DNA of 47,781 nucleotides, taken from positions 1-47,781 of the forward strand of contig CBDTUH010000001.1 in the NCBI GenBank assembly GCA_965363375.1. The letters are read 5' to 3'. The notes under the pieces are model-generated. The model was not told the origin of the DNA, made no database searches, and was given only the letters and a program-made list of their open reading frames with translations. A program made the translations under genes and the position numbers. This document shows positions 46,835-47,781 of the stretch, piece after piece. Source of the stretch: an uncultured bacterium. Lineage in GTDB: Bacteria > Bacteroidota > Bacteroidia > Chitinophagales > Chitinophagaceae. Position 1 is the first letter of the stretch, and every line of letters starts with the position of its first letter.

Positions 46835-47781
46835 TTGAAGCATTTAAAACATCTGAATAAATTTTTCTGGAAGTACAAAGGCAGGCTCGGCTTAGGTATC
46901 TTTTTTATACTGGTTTCCAATTATTTTGGCGTGCTGGCGCCGCAGGTAACCGGTTTTATTATTGAATATGTTCAGCGGTCGCTGAACATGCAAGGCAACA
47001 CGCCTGCAAAAAAAGCTCCCGAGTATGATGTGCTGGTGCAGCAATTTATCAATTATATCAACAGCCAAACCTGGTCGGTAAGTACTGTAGTGGCCATTGC
47101 CGGTATTACCATTTTGGTACTGGCCTTATTGCGGGGCATCTTTATGTTCTTTATGCGGCAAACCATTATTGTAATGAGTCGCCACATTGAGTACGACCAA
47201 AAGAACGAAGTGTTTCAGCATTATCAAAAGCTGGATACCGCTTTTTACAAAATAAACAGCACCGGCGACTTGATGAGCCGCATTGCGGAAGATGTTAGCC
47301 GCGTGCGCATGTTTACAGGGCCGGCCATTATGTATTTTATTAACCTGGTGGCGCTTATTTCGCTGAGCGTTTTTTTTATGTACAAACGCAGCCCCGAGCT
47401 TACGCTTTATGTGCTGTCGCCGCTGCCCATTTTAGCCTTTACCATCTATTATGTCAATACCATCATCAACCGCAAGAGCGAATCGTTACAGGCAACTTTA
47501 TCGAACCTTACGGTAAATGCGCAGCAATCGTATGCCGGTATTCGGGTTATCAAATCATTTGTGCAGGAGCGGGCCATGCAGGAACATTTTGAGAAAAATA
47601 GCGAGCAATATAAAAAAGAAGCTACCTCGCTGGCTAAAGTAGAGGCGCTTTATTTTCCTTCCATGTCGCTTTTTATAGGCCTCAGCACGCTGCTGACCAT
47701 CATGATCGGCGGGTTGAATTACATCAACAACCCCGAAACTACTGGACTTGATACCATAGTTGAATTTGTAATTTATATTAA
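46835..47781 (+). CDS. ABC exporter permease/ATP-binding protein (MdlA/MsbA-like), 3'-truncated and missing from the ORF track
   Basis: TTG start reads MKHLKHLNKFFWKYK, then MRQTIIVMSRHIEYD, STGDLMSRIAEDVSRVRMFTGPAIMY and GIRVIKSF. Open to the window end. Confidence 0.88.
   Translation, partial: MKHLKHLNKFFWKYKGRLGLGIFFILVSNYFGVLAPQVTGFIIEYVQRSLNMQGNTPAKKAPEYDVLVQQFINYINSQTWSVSTVVAIAGITILVLALLRGIFMFFMRQTIIVMSRHIEYDQKNEVFQHYQKLDTAFYKINSTGDLMSRIAEDVSRVRMFTGPAIMYFINLVALISLSVFFMYKRSPELTLYVLSPLPILAFTIYYVNTIINRKSESLQATLSNLTVNAQQSYAGIRVIKSFVQERAMQEHFEKNSEQYKKEATSLAKVEALYFPSMSLFIGLSTLLTIMIGGLNYINNPETTGLDTIVEFVIYI

Noticed and set aside
1-47781. tRNA, rRNA, integrase, transposase or prophage genes
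   Set aside because: None recognisable in the window.

Overview
This is a Bacteroidota window (gene content, T9SS C-terminal domain and TAnnTTTG promoter boxes point that way; probably Chitinophagaceae-like, which is inference). About 42 kb of it is a surface polysaccharide (CPS/EPS) locus. The locus holds a nucleotide-sugar dehydrogenase, wza-wzc, an MsbA/PglK-type ABC exporter, a VioA/WbqC/GNAT amino-sugar module, eight GT2/GT4 glycosyltransferases and a Wzy-like protein. It also holds a deacetylase, a PglC/D/E set with a distant PglF/CapD, and a CDP-sugar module. An AT-rich 31.6-40 kb block carries a kinase, a GMC flavoprotein with a Tat partner, a Tat-signal G8/beta-helix/PA14/PKD T9SS protein and a PRTase-HAD fusion. 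The window ends with pyruvate carboxylase and a truncated ABC transporter. The most striking unexplained signal is a bipartite 21-bp motif, AAAAGGR-N5-AGASGTTTT. I count about 28 copies by eye, 16 of them perfect, in both orientations. They lie next to stop codons, in intergenic mini-arrays, and inside coding sequences in several reading frames. This pattern resembles a DNA-uptake sequence or a genome-wide protein/recombinase site. I do not recognise the motif as described.
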